Shown here: positions 51,180 through 63,599 of the stretch, in pieces
Layout: every line of letters begins with the position of its first letter
Position numbering within the stretch: position 1 is the first letter of the stretch
From: Bugula neritina
Taxonomy: Eukaryota > Animalia > Bryozoa
Length of the DNA: 64,000 bases
Assembly (NCBI GenBank): GCA_964035545.1
Contig: OZ037766.1
Coordinates: 3,348,001 to 3,412,000 of the forward strand
Reading direction: 5' to 3'
Notes under the pieces: model-generated
Told to the model about the DNA's origin: nothing
Databases searched by the model: none
What the model saw: only the letters and a program-made list of their open reading frames with translations
Made by a program: the position numbers and the translations under genes

Positions 51180-54100
51180 GTTGAAATCCTTGAAACGGCT
51201 GCACTACGAATAACTGTGATAGTGAAGGTCTATATAAGCAAGCGAGCTTTATCAAGCAAGTATATAGCTAAAAAGCTTTCACAATCAGCAATGAAAACAA
51301 AAGCTTTTTTAGCTTAATTCTCATTAATAATTTAGACTGAGGTCCACATGTTACAATAGTCCCATCTTTATTCAAAGTTGCTTTTACTTGTTACGGCTTG
51401 AAAAAGTTTTCTATATAATATAACCAGTTTACATTTCCCCTTGCAGTTATATATAAAGCTGCATAATTATACAGTCTATATTATAGCATGCATTTCTAAG
51501 TCCCTTTTTATTTGGTTATTTTCAACAATATATTATTATAACTTAGCAAATAATATTTAAGTTTTTCTAAACTTACTCATTTCAGACATAAATTGTAAAA
51601 ATCATGCATTTTAATGTCTATGCAAAATCACAGTTCAGGTCAAAACATGTGGAATTGATTATTTGTTATTGTGATTTGAGTATTTTTTTATCTTTTCTTT
51701 ATATTGTCCACCTTTGCTTTCAGCAACACAAAGCTTTACCTAGCTTAAAACCTTCAATTTTCTTTAATAATTTAGGCTTGATTTGGTTTGAAACAATAAG
51801 AAAGGCTATCAAACTCCTACATAATTATCATAAGAAGCTATACTGTGCTATCACAAACAAATCAATTCTTCTAACCTTTACATATGACAAGGAGTCAACA
51901 TTAATCTATTTTATTCAGAGAATAGGAAGAGCAAATGCTTGCTGACATCTCATCTGTTGTACTCTGAATGTACTAATCTATTAATAGATCAGCAACTACA
52001 AAGTTTGCAGAAATGTAGATATATCAACCAATAACATAAGTAAAGACTTATAGCCAGTTAGGTGAATGTGAAACTTATTAAACGTGTGTGTCTGGTAAAA
52101 AATGCTATGCTTTGATAGCTCAGAATTCTCTTGCATATTTTAATAGTTGGAGTTGTCAGCACATTATATAATAGTTAAAGGTTAGAGTTATCTATCAGCA
52201 GTTCTGCATGCTTAGCAGATAACTCCAACTCTGCAAAAAGTTATGAAATACCCCATTTTGAGATACTATAATTTTGCAAAATGGTGGGCGTGGCCAAACA
52301 TCTCTAAAACCTGAAAAGATAAATCAAAATAAAACAAACAAATTTTAAATTTTTTGGGACAGCAAAGTTTGCATATTATAGAATAAACTAGATTTATAAA
52401 TTTCAGTTTTGTTGCCACTTTTCTACTTTTAAGTATGCGTGATGACTACTTTAAATATAACAGAAAGTTTTTGAATAAACATATAGTTTAGGGATAACTA
52501 GTTTAGAATTGTAGAAAAGATGCTACGTTATACTGCCAAACATCCTAACAATGAAAGTGGTAAAAGCTATGCTCACGTTGAAACAAAAGCTGTTGATTTA
52601 CAAAGTGTTTAGCAACCACATTGTCCTATGTGACAAACCAGTTGAATGTGGTAAAGATATTTCTATTTTTGGAAAATTTGATTTCCGTTTTTTCACAATG
52701 ACAGCTACAGATAAAATAATAATTAATAATAAAGAAGATGGAAGCATTTAAAAATCAATCTGTTGACTAAAAAGAAAAATTACTTTTATCTAAAGTCATT
52801 TCATGATTGCAACACCAAATACAATACAGTAACTCAAATTAATTTTATTTGTCACATTGAGTAATAAGTCATGAGCTATGAACAGCACTAAGAATTATAA
52901 TCTCATTTAATCTCTTAAAATTTTCATCATTTCCTGTGACCTATAGTTTTTTATGTAATTGTTTTACAAATCAATCTGCATTCTTTTTATGAGATACCCA
53001 AAAAGTTATTGTTATGGCAGCAGTTAATATACATTAAAATATTAAAATAATATGCACAATTATCTACTATTAAAATGCATTAATAAAGCATTAATAAAGT
53101 TGTAAAAAAGCAGTAGAAATATTTGGAAGATAATAAAATGATTAATAAAGTAAATCTAAATAAAATATTCAGTTTCAACTTTTCAGCCTCACTTTTCTGT
53201 CTACATTGAGCAGGTGAGTAAATTATATCCTAATGCCAGTATTACAAAGTCTGTGGAAAAATAGTATTTGGAGTAGGTTTTTAAACTACATGTATTTCCA
53301 TCTGTTAATAAAAGTTTATTAAAACTAGGCAAAAAGATGATTACGGTTATATAGCTAGCTACCTTATTGAAAATAGTTTTCTGCAGCTTTTCTATCTTAT
53401 CTTGGTTTTTCTGAATTATAGAGGGAGTACACCATTATATAGTTAACTTAATGGATTTATCACCACACATTATAACACAGCCTTAACGTTGCCAAAGTAA
53501 ACACATGTGGTCTGTCATTACGCATATACTTTGTTTTATAATATGTTTTGCTTAGTTAAATAGATTGAAATTACTGGACGCAATTGGTTAAAAATGGCTT
53601 TCTGATGTAAAAGACTATGTCATAAATCCAATAGTGAGTAAACTGTCAAAATATTTTCATTTTAGTGAAGTTTAAATGAGCAAACCTTAATTCTCTGTCT
53701 TAGAGCTATCGATTTTTATGAACTAATCTAGAAAACTTTGTTCATTTATTGAATATTGTAAAATAAACTATTCAAAGTTTAATAAAATCACAATTTAAAA
53801 TCAATTTACAAATTAAATTACTATAGCGTTTTTAGGCTATGGCATTATTATAATATAACATATCATGAACTAAAGTTTATTTCAAGTTTTTTGCCAAATA
53901 TGGCTAAATCGAAAAATTATTCTAGAACTTTTGAGGGAATAACATTACCTGCCAATGACTTGCTAAAATTTTGAAACATAGTTCTATCTGTAATGAAAAT
54001 AGTTTGTCCTTTAGCTGGACATTGAATTTCTGTTGTATCATGCAGCTTTAATTGAATATGTTGGCTTGTCATAAACTTGGCAAGTATATAAATTTTTCTG

Positions 54101-54310
54101 CCACACTTGTTTATCCGTTTTGAGCTTGATACATTATTGTATGCACGAGCTGCGTCTTTGCTACTAATAATAATAAGGTCATGAATTTTACTTCATAGTT
54201 TTGTCTGCAATAAAACTGATAGCTATGAGCTAATAAAAAGAGACAAGCGTTATTACATTTATATCAATATCTTTGACAGGTTTTAAAAAAATTTAAGTTA
54301 TATTACATAT

Positions 54311-57300
54311 TGTTATATTTTGGCTCCGCCCATTTATTCAATATTGTATATCCGGTTTTTGTTAGTTGTAACGCTGCGCATACCAGCGTGGTTTTATTCA
54401 ATTGAAAATATACCTCAGTGAATATATAACAAGCTGGCGACGATTGATGGTCTTTATTTTTATTATTTTGAACTCAATATTTTTCTCTAACTATGCCCGT
54501 GGGCAACATAAGTGAATTCAAGCAGGACACAGAAGATTGGTCTACTTATAAGACCAGATTTACGTCATGGCTAATAGTGAATGATATTAATGAAAATGAA
54601 AAGCGAAAGGCAGCTTTTATTGCTATGCTTGGGAGTGAAGCTGTAAGCCTATTAGTAAGCTTATCAGCCCCTACATCAATCAACGAAATAAATTATACTG
54701 GCTTGCTGGAGCTGTTTGACCATCATTTTGGAGCTAAGAATGAGGTAGCAGAAGCGTATGTATTTGATACCAGAACGCAATCACCTACTGAGTCAGTGTC
54801 TGACTTTATTCTGGCTCTCAAAGCACTGTCTACACACTGCAACTTCGGACCCACTGAGCAGTTAAAACAAAAGCTACGGAACAGGCTTGTGGCTGGTGTC
54901 AGGTCTGACACAATCAGACAAGCATTGATAAGAGAAGGCACAACTCTGACATGGGATAATGCTGTGACTTTAGCGAAGCAAATGGACGATTATCAGTCAA
55001 GTGCTATGGCTAAACAAGCACTGCCATCAGAACCTGTGAATGCAGTCTATTCGGAAAGACAACCCACCAACAGAGGTCCTCATGCTTCAAGGTCCCAGGC
55101 CTCGAACAGTCACACAGCCCCACGCCTGGGACCGCCATTATTCGCAGCTAAGTATTCTAACAGTAATTATAACACAAAATGTTGGAGATGTGGTAGAGGT
55201 CATCATCCAGCTAGATGCAGGTTTAAAGATGCTAATTGCCACTCTTGTGGGAAAAGAGGACACATTAAACCCATGTGTAATGGAGAGAGAGTTCAAACAA
55301 ATATTGCTCAACAATATCATCCTGTACATTCATATGAAAGTGATTTATCATCAGACATGGCTAATATTGGAATAGCTAGCACTCTTTTGGCAGAAAAATC
55401 TAATTTATCTAATCCATATTCTGTTACTTTGCAAATTAATGATGCTAATGTCAATATGGAAATCGACACTGGTGCTTCAGTCTCATTAATTCCCTATTCT
55501 CTGTATCAGAAACATTTTAGCAATGTAAAACTTTCACCTTCTAATGTAAAATTTTGTAGCTTCACTGGAGATGTGGTGAATTGCAAAGGTAAAATGGAAG
55601 TGAATGTCAAACATTTGGCCAGACTAAACGGATGTGGCTTCATGTGCTTGGTGCATCAAAGTTTGCCCTGTTGGGAAGAGACTGGCTGGGAGAGTTGCAA
55701 ATTAATTGGCAAGCCATAAAGAGCGTGGTAAGTTCATCGGTAAATGGCATAGAACAATTGCTGGCTGCGTACTCTGATATTTTTAAAGGTCAAGGTTTGC
55801 TAAAAGGTTCACCAGTCAAGCTTGAGTTGGTTGATGGCGCTACCCCCAAATGCTCTAAACCTTACAGAGTGCCTATTGCACTTCAGTCTGTAGTAGATAA
55901 GGAGCTTGATAGGCTAATTAATGAAGGAATTTTGACACCTGTTGAACACAGTAGCGGGTCCACTAGCTTACTCTTTATCCCCAAACCTGACGGCTCGATC
56001 AGACCTTGTGGTGATTTTAAGTCAACACTCAACCCTCTTCTTAAGGAAGTAGCACCACCTCAAATAAACATGGAAAATATTCTGTGTGGTTTAGCAGAAA
56101 ACAAATATTTCTCAAACTTAGATTTTGCCCAAGCATATAATCAGATGGTCATACATGAGTCATCCAAAGAGTTGCTAACACTGGTCACCCATAGGGGCTT
56201 GTATCAGTATAACAGACTGCCGTATGGTATCAAGACTGCTCCGTCCTTGTGGCAAAATGCCATATAACATGTGCTTAAGGGTATAGAGGGTGTTCATATA
56301 TATTATGATAACATATTGGTTGCAGGGCGAACTGTAGAGGAACATAACCATAGGCTAGAGTTGGTTTTCAAACGTATAAAAGAACATGGTTTGAAATTAA
56401 AGCACTCAAAATGTTCTTTTCTGAAGCCAGAAGTGAAATATCTTGGTCACATAATTAATGGTGAGGGCATTAGGCCAATTCCTGCCAAGTTAGATAGCAT
56501 CCTTGAAACTGAGGCACCTAAGGATAAATCGAAAGTGAGATTTTAAGTGGGCCTACTGAATTTTTACAGGCATTACTTGCCCAACCTTGCTGCGACTGTT
56601 GCCCCTTTGAATGCTTTGCTTGAGGCCAATGCTAAATTTGTTTAGGATAAGACGGCCCAGAATGCTTTTGAAAAATCTAAAAACTTATTGAGAGAAAGTA
56701 AGCTGCTAGTTCACTTTAACCCAAACTTGCCTGTGAAACTAACGTGTGATGCCTCAAGAGTAGGCATAGCAGCAGTTCTTTCACACGTTATTGATGATGT
56801 AGAACGCCCCATACAATTTACATCTCGAAAATTAACATCTGCGCAGGTTTTGTATCCACAAATAGAGCGAGAAGGTTTGGCTGTTGTTTTTGGGTTAGAA
56901 AAATTTAGGCATTTCTTATATGGGTGGAAGTTTACTCTAGTGAAGGACAATCAGGCTCTAAGTAGAATATTTGCCCCAGAGAGGGGGCTTCCGGTTATGA
57001 CAGCAGAGCGTATTCAAAGGTGGGCTTTAAAGCTTTCAGGATATGATTACACTGTTGAGTGGCGCAGAAGCAAAGATAATATGGCAGATTTTCTTTCCTG
57101 GTATCCTGATTCAGTAGCTGCTAGTAAATTGAATGAAGAACCCCATGCCTTTATTTTTAAAGTTGATATCTTGGACTTCCTATCACTTCCTTACAGGTTG
57201 CTAAGCTCACTGCTAAAGACCCAACACTGTGTAACGTATTCAGACTAGTGAGAGAGGGCTGGCCTCAAAAATTGTGTGAGGCCGACTGGGATCTGAACCC

Positions 57301-58784
57301 TTTCTTTGCTAGGAGAAATGAGCTATCTATTATGTCAGGAGTAGTTATGTGGGAAAATCGAGTAGTTATCCCACGTTCTCTTCAAAACCCTCTGTTAAAG
57401 GAATTGCATGTTGAGCATTTAGGTATATGTAAAATGAAATCTGTAGCAAGGTCATTTATGTGGTGGCCAGGTTTAGATAAAAATATTGAAGCAACTAGCA
57501 GGTCTTGTGATTCATGCATGTCTATGAGTAATGACCCTAAAGCAGTTAATACACACCCATGGCTACCCACAACTCGACCATATCAGCGCATTCATATTGA
57601 CTATGCTGGTCCTGTAGAAGGTCATATGTTACTAGTAGTGGTGGATTCATATTCTAAGTGGCCTGAAGTGTGTGTTACAAAATCTACCACTTGCCAAAGT
57701 ACTATAAACATGCTTGGGTTAATCTTTGCTAGATGGGGTGTGCCTATGGAGCTGGTCAGTGACAACGGACCACAATTTTGTAGCGAAGAGTTTGAAGCCT
57801 TTTTGGCACATTTGAGCATCAAGCATAAGAAAAGTGCACCCTATCATCCAGCCACTAATGGTTTAGCAGAGCGGTTTGTACAAACAGTCAAAAGTGCTCT
57901 AAGGGTCTCTCAAGGTTTAGATTTACAGTATCGGTTAGACAGGTTTTTGTTGGCTTATCATAATGCTCCTCACTCGACTACTGGTGAGAGCCCTGCAACT
58001 TTAATGCTTGGTCGAACATTGAGAACAAAGCTTGATTGCTTAAAGCCTGACATAACATCAAAACTACATGATGCAGGTCCTATAGTTATACACCGTAAAT
58101 TTGACATAGGCTCAGATGTTTGGGTGAGGTGTTACTTTGGAACTGTTAAATGGAAAAAAGGGGTAATAATTGACCAGGTTGGCTGGTTGTGTTATTTCGT
58201 ACAGGTAGGAGAAAAAAAATGGAAACACCATGTAGACCAACTCAAGCACCGGGAAGTGAAAATAGCTAATGACCAAAATGAAACCACTCCTTTAGATATC
58301 AGTGTTCAGCCATTTACCGGTGTGCCATGTGATTTAATTTCTAGGAACACACCTCCTTCATTAAGCCATTTGCCGCCAGTCTCTGCACCTCAAACAGGTC
58401 CAACCTCTGAGCACATGGAGCCTCATCCTGATAGTTTTCAAACTCCTGCAACTGTGAGTACACCTTCAGCACCTGTCACCACACCTCCAGAGCCAAGGCG
58501 TTCAAATAGGATACGTAAGCCAAGAGTGCTGTTAGACTTATAATACTTTTAATTTTATTATTTTACAGTGACATTGTTCTTTCATTTCTTTCTGTCTTAC
58601 TTTGGATTTATTACTTGTTTTGTTTCTTAAATGTTTTGTAAGTCAAGCTTTGTAAAGGGAGAATCTGTTATATTTTGGCTCCGCCCATTTATTCAATATT
58701 GTATATCCGGTTTTTGTTAGTTGTAACGCTGCGCATACCAGCGTGGTTTTATTCAATTAAAAATATACCTCAGTGAATATAACA
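54311..58784 (+). mobile_element. Full-length Ty3/Gypsy (Mag-like) LTR retrotransposon, 4474 bp, inactivated
   Basis: LTRs TG...CA at 54311-54431 and 58666-58784 (1 substitution plus a 2-bp indel); 5-bp TSD CATAT; PBS TGGCGACGA at 54435 (tRNA-Ser(GCU)-like); PPT aaagggagaa 58654-58663; domain order gag-PR-RT-RH-IN. Confidence 0.97.
54493..58543 (+). pseudogene. gag-pol of the Gypsy element, broken by frameshifts and stops
   Basis: Two CCHC knuckles, protease IDTGAS, RT YYDN (YxDD mutated), RNase H CDAS/IERE, integrase HHCC plus HIDYAG/SDNGPQF/NGLAER. Split over 5 track ORFs; premature stops include 56265-56267 and 56544-56546. Confidence 0.93.
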
Positions 58785-59840
58785 CATATTACATATTACA
58801 ATATAAAACAAAGGAATGTAACTTTATTATAGAAGGCAATCGAACAAATAAAAGCTATGTAAATTAACAATTTTGTATTTTGAAAGGTTACATATAATAT
58901 TGTGATGGTCAATGCTAATTTATAATCAATAATCAAAAATTAATTATACATCTATATAGAATCAAAAGGATTAATATGTTATTGTGGCGTTTATAGCTCA
59001 TCAATATTTTACAAGGCACTGCTTCTTCAAAGTTCTTTAATTGATAGCTTTTACTGGCACCTGAGCAACATTATTTTTTATATTCTACATGTATAGACTA
59101 TTTTTTATAATCATGTTGCAAATATTTATAGGAAGTGAGAAGCAAAACTTAAAAATATCAATTCTTTCCAGTTACAGCACTATAAATTTTATGTATAAAA
59201 AATAAATAAATTTTTAATATAGAATTCTGGAATAAATTAAGTTTTTTGCATTAAGTTTGTGGCTGTCACATGATTCTTGCCAAGGAAAAATATAAATAGA
59301 AAATGGAAGTTTAAATCACCATATTTTATAATCTGATCAACATATATGATGGCAAGCCAACTGTCTAATTGTCATGCCAAGGTGGTCATTTATGATGCTG
59401 ATTTTGTGGTATAAAAGAAAGGGAAATCTTCAAGTGAAAGCAAACTACTATTTGTCTCTACATCCAGCAGTTGGTAAGTTCATATTGTCACCTAAAAAGT
59501 ATATTAGGTGTGTATTATTTTTTTCAAACTTTTAAATTTATTTATTGCTCAACACTTATTTAATATATTGAGCTATTATAATTGTAATATAAAAAATTAT
59601 TCATATGTGACATCAAATGCTATTAAACGTCAATAAAAACAGGCTATGTATACTTTCAAAATCATGTCATCTGGTGTAGTCATTCTTCAAGTTTGAACTG
59701 CTAAATATAACTACTTCTTATTAAACTAGAAACTTCTATATATAATCCAATAGTTGCTTATGTAACTTTCAATTGTGATTTGTATTATATATATTGTAAA
59801 ATTATTTTCTTGATGACTGTTTTAGAATCAAACTATCAAC

Positions 59841-59990
59841 ATGAAGGTTCTTGCATTTTTCTTGGTTGCATTCCTCATCATTGCTGCTGCTACTGCCAGC
59901 CCCTGGCCTCACCGGAAGCCCTACTACCACAGGCCAGTCTACAAACGACCGCATGTCTATGGAAAATACAACAAAGGAATCTACTACTAA
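59841..59990 (+). CDS. Secreted cationic Tyr/Pro/His-rich peptide precursor 1, 49 aa: MKVLAFFLVAFLIIAAATA-SPWPHRKPYYHRPVYKRPHVYGKYNKGIYY
   Basis: Classic signal peptide (MK, hydrophobic core, A-T-A). TATAAAA 59410; non-coding exon donor GTAAGT 59474; acceptor 59824-59825; GTAAGT directly after the stop (59991); candidate last exon from 60626 with AATAAA at 60670. Confidence 0.88.
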   Translation: MKVLAFFLVAFLIIAAATASPWPHRKPYYHRPVYKRPHVYGKYNKGIYY

Positions 59991-62900
59991 GTAAGTACTC
60001 AATATGCTAACATTTAGTAATATTTTTTTAATATTTTCCAAGTGATTGTCTCAGAGTGATTAAATACAATAGGCCCCGCCACAACATACAAGTATTTCTT
60101 ACCCTAATATTAAATAAAGCAGCTTAATCTAATATTTTGAAAAAAACCTGCCTGATTTATTTATATTTTTGAAAAAATGATGCTTTAATAAGTCACATGG
60201 AAAACTCGCAAACTTTTAATAGTAGAGAAGACAATCCTCAGCATACTATGAGAAGTCATTAGTCATTTGGAAAATGAATTTACATCAACTTGATTTGACA
60301 ATATATAGGTGTATAGCTAAAGAGATATAGCAAAATTGATTTTAAACACTTTCTCTGGAAAGACTCTCTTGCAGCACCCTTATTCACTAAAACAGCGTAA
60401 AAAATGTATAGTGTTTTATTAGCAGTAATCTGGTGAACATACATAATGCATATTAATATAGGCATAACATGATTGCGGAACAGACGAGTATTTTAATATG
60501 TTATATAGAAACTAGTTTCAGCAGCAGCAAACCCACGGCAAGCTTCCATGCAGTGGTAACAAAAAATACTCAGCAGATCTTCATTGTTTTATATATGAAT
60601 TTCTTTTTATTTGGTATATTTTCAGAATAAATGAAGCAACTGCTGTGTAAAGCTATAGATTTATCACTTAATAAAGTGACACATAATATAAAACTCAGTT
60701 GTGCTAAATTTTGAATTTTTTTTTTAAATTCCTATTTTATCTTGCATTTGCAGCACCTCAAATTAAAATCACACATATAAACATACTCATTCTCCATTTA
60801 ATTTTAATAGACAGCTTACAGTTGAAGCTTTGTTCTTCTCTTTAATTATAAATTGCATTTAAAAATTTGTAATTAATTAGGATTATTTTCTACATTATTA
60901 AAAGAATGTGTGCAATGATTCACATATATACATACTATATCACATGGTCAAGTATGAATGAAATGTGCCAAATTGAGTTTCAAATAAACAGATTTCTGCT
61001 GTCAGACATAACCATAAGTATCAAATTTAAACTTTAGAATTAAAACATAAACAAATTTTACCTTATAAATAGACAAAAAATAAAAATTGTTTATTACCAT
61101 ATTATACTAGATTTCCTTATTGAGCAGTGCCGGTTTTTATTTTAATAGCTTAATATAACTTCTATATATTAGGACATGAAATTTTATGTTTATGCCAACT
61201 TTTAGCTCGGGTTGTATTGCTGTTCTTGTAAATATACAAGTTGTTTACATGCATGTATAATTAATAATGCTTTGTGTGTTGCAGAAAACGTTGGCACACT
61301 TTAATATTTTGTATTATTTAATGAGAACAATAAAATTGCTGCACCAACCTAATTGTAGATAATGTAATAAGATGAGCTCTATAAAAGTTGTATTGATATA
61401 AATATTTTTTCATGCATGTAATAAGTGTAAATTCAAATCACATGCCACAAGTTTAAGTTTTAATATTTTTACCTACAATATAGCAAATTCAGCAAATGCT
61501 GACATATTAAACTTTAATATCACTTTGTTAAGTTATAAATACATGCAGTCAAATTATTGAGCTGTTAAAAAGAGTTGAGGAATTAAATTATTAGAAGTTT
61601 GTAAACTGCCACATTTAATCTGCTACCACAATTATATTTCATAAACTATATTAAATTTTAGGAAGTGAAAGATGTCATTTTGAACGCCTTGCAACTTTTG
61701 AGTTATGCATTCCAGCTTGCAATAATTGCAAAACAAAAGTTATCAATTGACTAAGCAATCAAAAAAGTTAAAATTTGACTTTTAATTTTATTTTATATCG
61801 AGTAATTTTTATAACATTTTTTTCATTATTAATGTTATAGGCCTATAGTCAGCTTAAAATTTCAATAGTTGTTCAGTGCTTTTCGGCATACAGTATATAA
61901 TGTGCCAATTCCAAAGACTGAAATATAATTAAAAACACAATTTGATGTTTTAAATTTGATACAAATATGTTCAATGAAAGATCATATTATATGTATCTTA
62001 TAGGTTATAGATATAAAGCAGACAGATGTAATATAAACTTGATTTAACTCGGTTTAAAGAAATAAAGCAGCAGTTATATCGTGTCTTGAATTGCAGTGGC
62101 ATGAATCTGCAGAGACTATATTGTTATAGCTTAGAGACTGGTTAATCAGACAATTCTTATAAATTGCATTAGTTTTTGAGTGGCCATAAATTTTGCTGCA
62201 AATTATATATTGTAAGTTAAAAACTGTTTTAAAGTAAAACTGCTACGGGACAAAAAATGTGAGCTTTTAGCATAAGCGGTTCAAAAGCTTTTGAATTTAG
62301 TTCTATATATAATATAGTCTTGCAGATTACTTTTCGACTTTGTTTGCTAAAATTATGTTTAAAAACTTCAAGTTAATTATATTTTTTAATAACTATTTGT
62401 ATATATACTTAACTTGCACATGTTTAAATAAAAACCATGCATAAAATAGCTTAGAATTAAACATTTTAGCTTGCTTTTGTATGTAAAACGCAATATTATT
62501 TTACTTAAATTTACTGCTAATATATGCAAAAAGATATTTTTTCAAAATAGAGTGGTGGTTTAGTTTTCATAATCTTCTCTTGTCATATTTTTTCTAGTAT
62601 CAACTTTGTAAAGTTGAAAAGCTGTTAGTCTGACGGATGATTTAAATTTAAAGAGGGCTGCTTTTTTATTTCAGTTTTTGAAATTCTATGTAATATGCTG
62701 AGTTAAAATAACATTGGTTCACTGTTTTCTTTACAGCCAAAACATGACTTGCTTTTTGCTAATGTGGAAGTATATTTTAATATCTAAAGATGATAGATTT
62801 AAATTAATCAGTGTCTTATATTCATGTTTAAAATTTACAAAAAATTGTTGAAATATAAATAAATTTATAAAAGACAAAACAGATTGACTGTCACATCCTG

Positions 62901-63440
62901 AGTAACGCGTGTATTAATAGAATTGGAAACATAAATTATTATATTAACTTTTCTTCTCCCACCAAGTGAAGTCATAAAGAGTCACCTCCTATACCACAGG
63001 TGGTCAGTTATGATGCTAAAATTGTGTATATAAAGAAGGGAGTTTGGTTGGTGAAAGCAAACTGTTCTATACTCTCTACAAACACAGTTGGTAAGTACAC
63101 TAACATAATACTAGCCTACAAACATATTAGTATATAGGAAGCTTGTTTTATAAGTACGTTGTTTTATATTATTTTTTGAATTGGGTTTAATTCATCTGAA
63201 ATCAGTATTTGATAAAAAAAGATTCAATTACGAATATATTTGAATTTGAATTATATAATACCCCTTTTGTGTATATATGTTGCTTTTATGTTTTGCATTT
63301 ATAGTTCCTTCAGTGAATTTATTAGCGAAATTTTTTCATAAAAATAAACATCTATAAAAGATGCTGTCATATATAAACAATATTGTATAAAGTATTTTAA
63401 TAAACTATTTTGATGACTATTTTAGAATCAAACTATCAAC

Positions 63441-63599
63441 ATGAAGGTTCTTGCATTTTTCTTGGTTGCATTCCTCATCATTGCTGCTGCTACGGCCAGC
63501 TACAGACCTCACCGTAAATCCTACTACCGCAAGCCCCGCAGGCCAGTCTACAAACGACCACATGTCTATGGAAAATACAACAAAGGAATCTACTACTAA
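63441..63599 (+). CDS. Secreted cationic Tyr/Arg/Lys-rich peptide precursor 2, 52 aa: MKVLAFFLVAFLIIAAATA-SYRPHRKSYYRKPRRPVYKRPHVYGKYNKGIYY
   Basis: Paralogue exactly 3600 bp downstream with an in-frame 9-nt indel. Same architecture: TATATAAAG 63027, donor 63091, acceptor 63424-63425, donor right after the stop at 63600. Confidence 0.88.
   Translation: MKVLAFFLVAFLIIAAATASYRPHRKSYYRKPRRPVYKRPHVYGKYNKGIYY

Noticed and set aside
52145-52455. Short inverted repeat (52145-52230) and a possible TTAA-flanked Kolobok-like MITE
   Set aside because: TIRs are too degenerate, and there is no empty site or second copy in the window.
59780-60041. ORFs 59780-60010 (+), 59802-60041 (-) and 63417-63611 (-)
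   Set aside because: Shadows of the signal-peptide ORFs, which have proper splice sites, ATG context and a coherent product.
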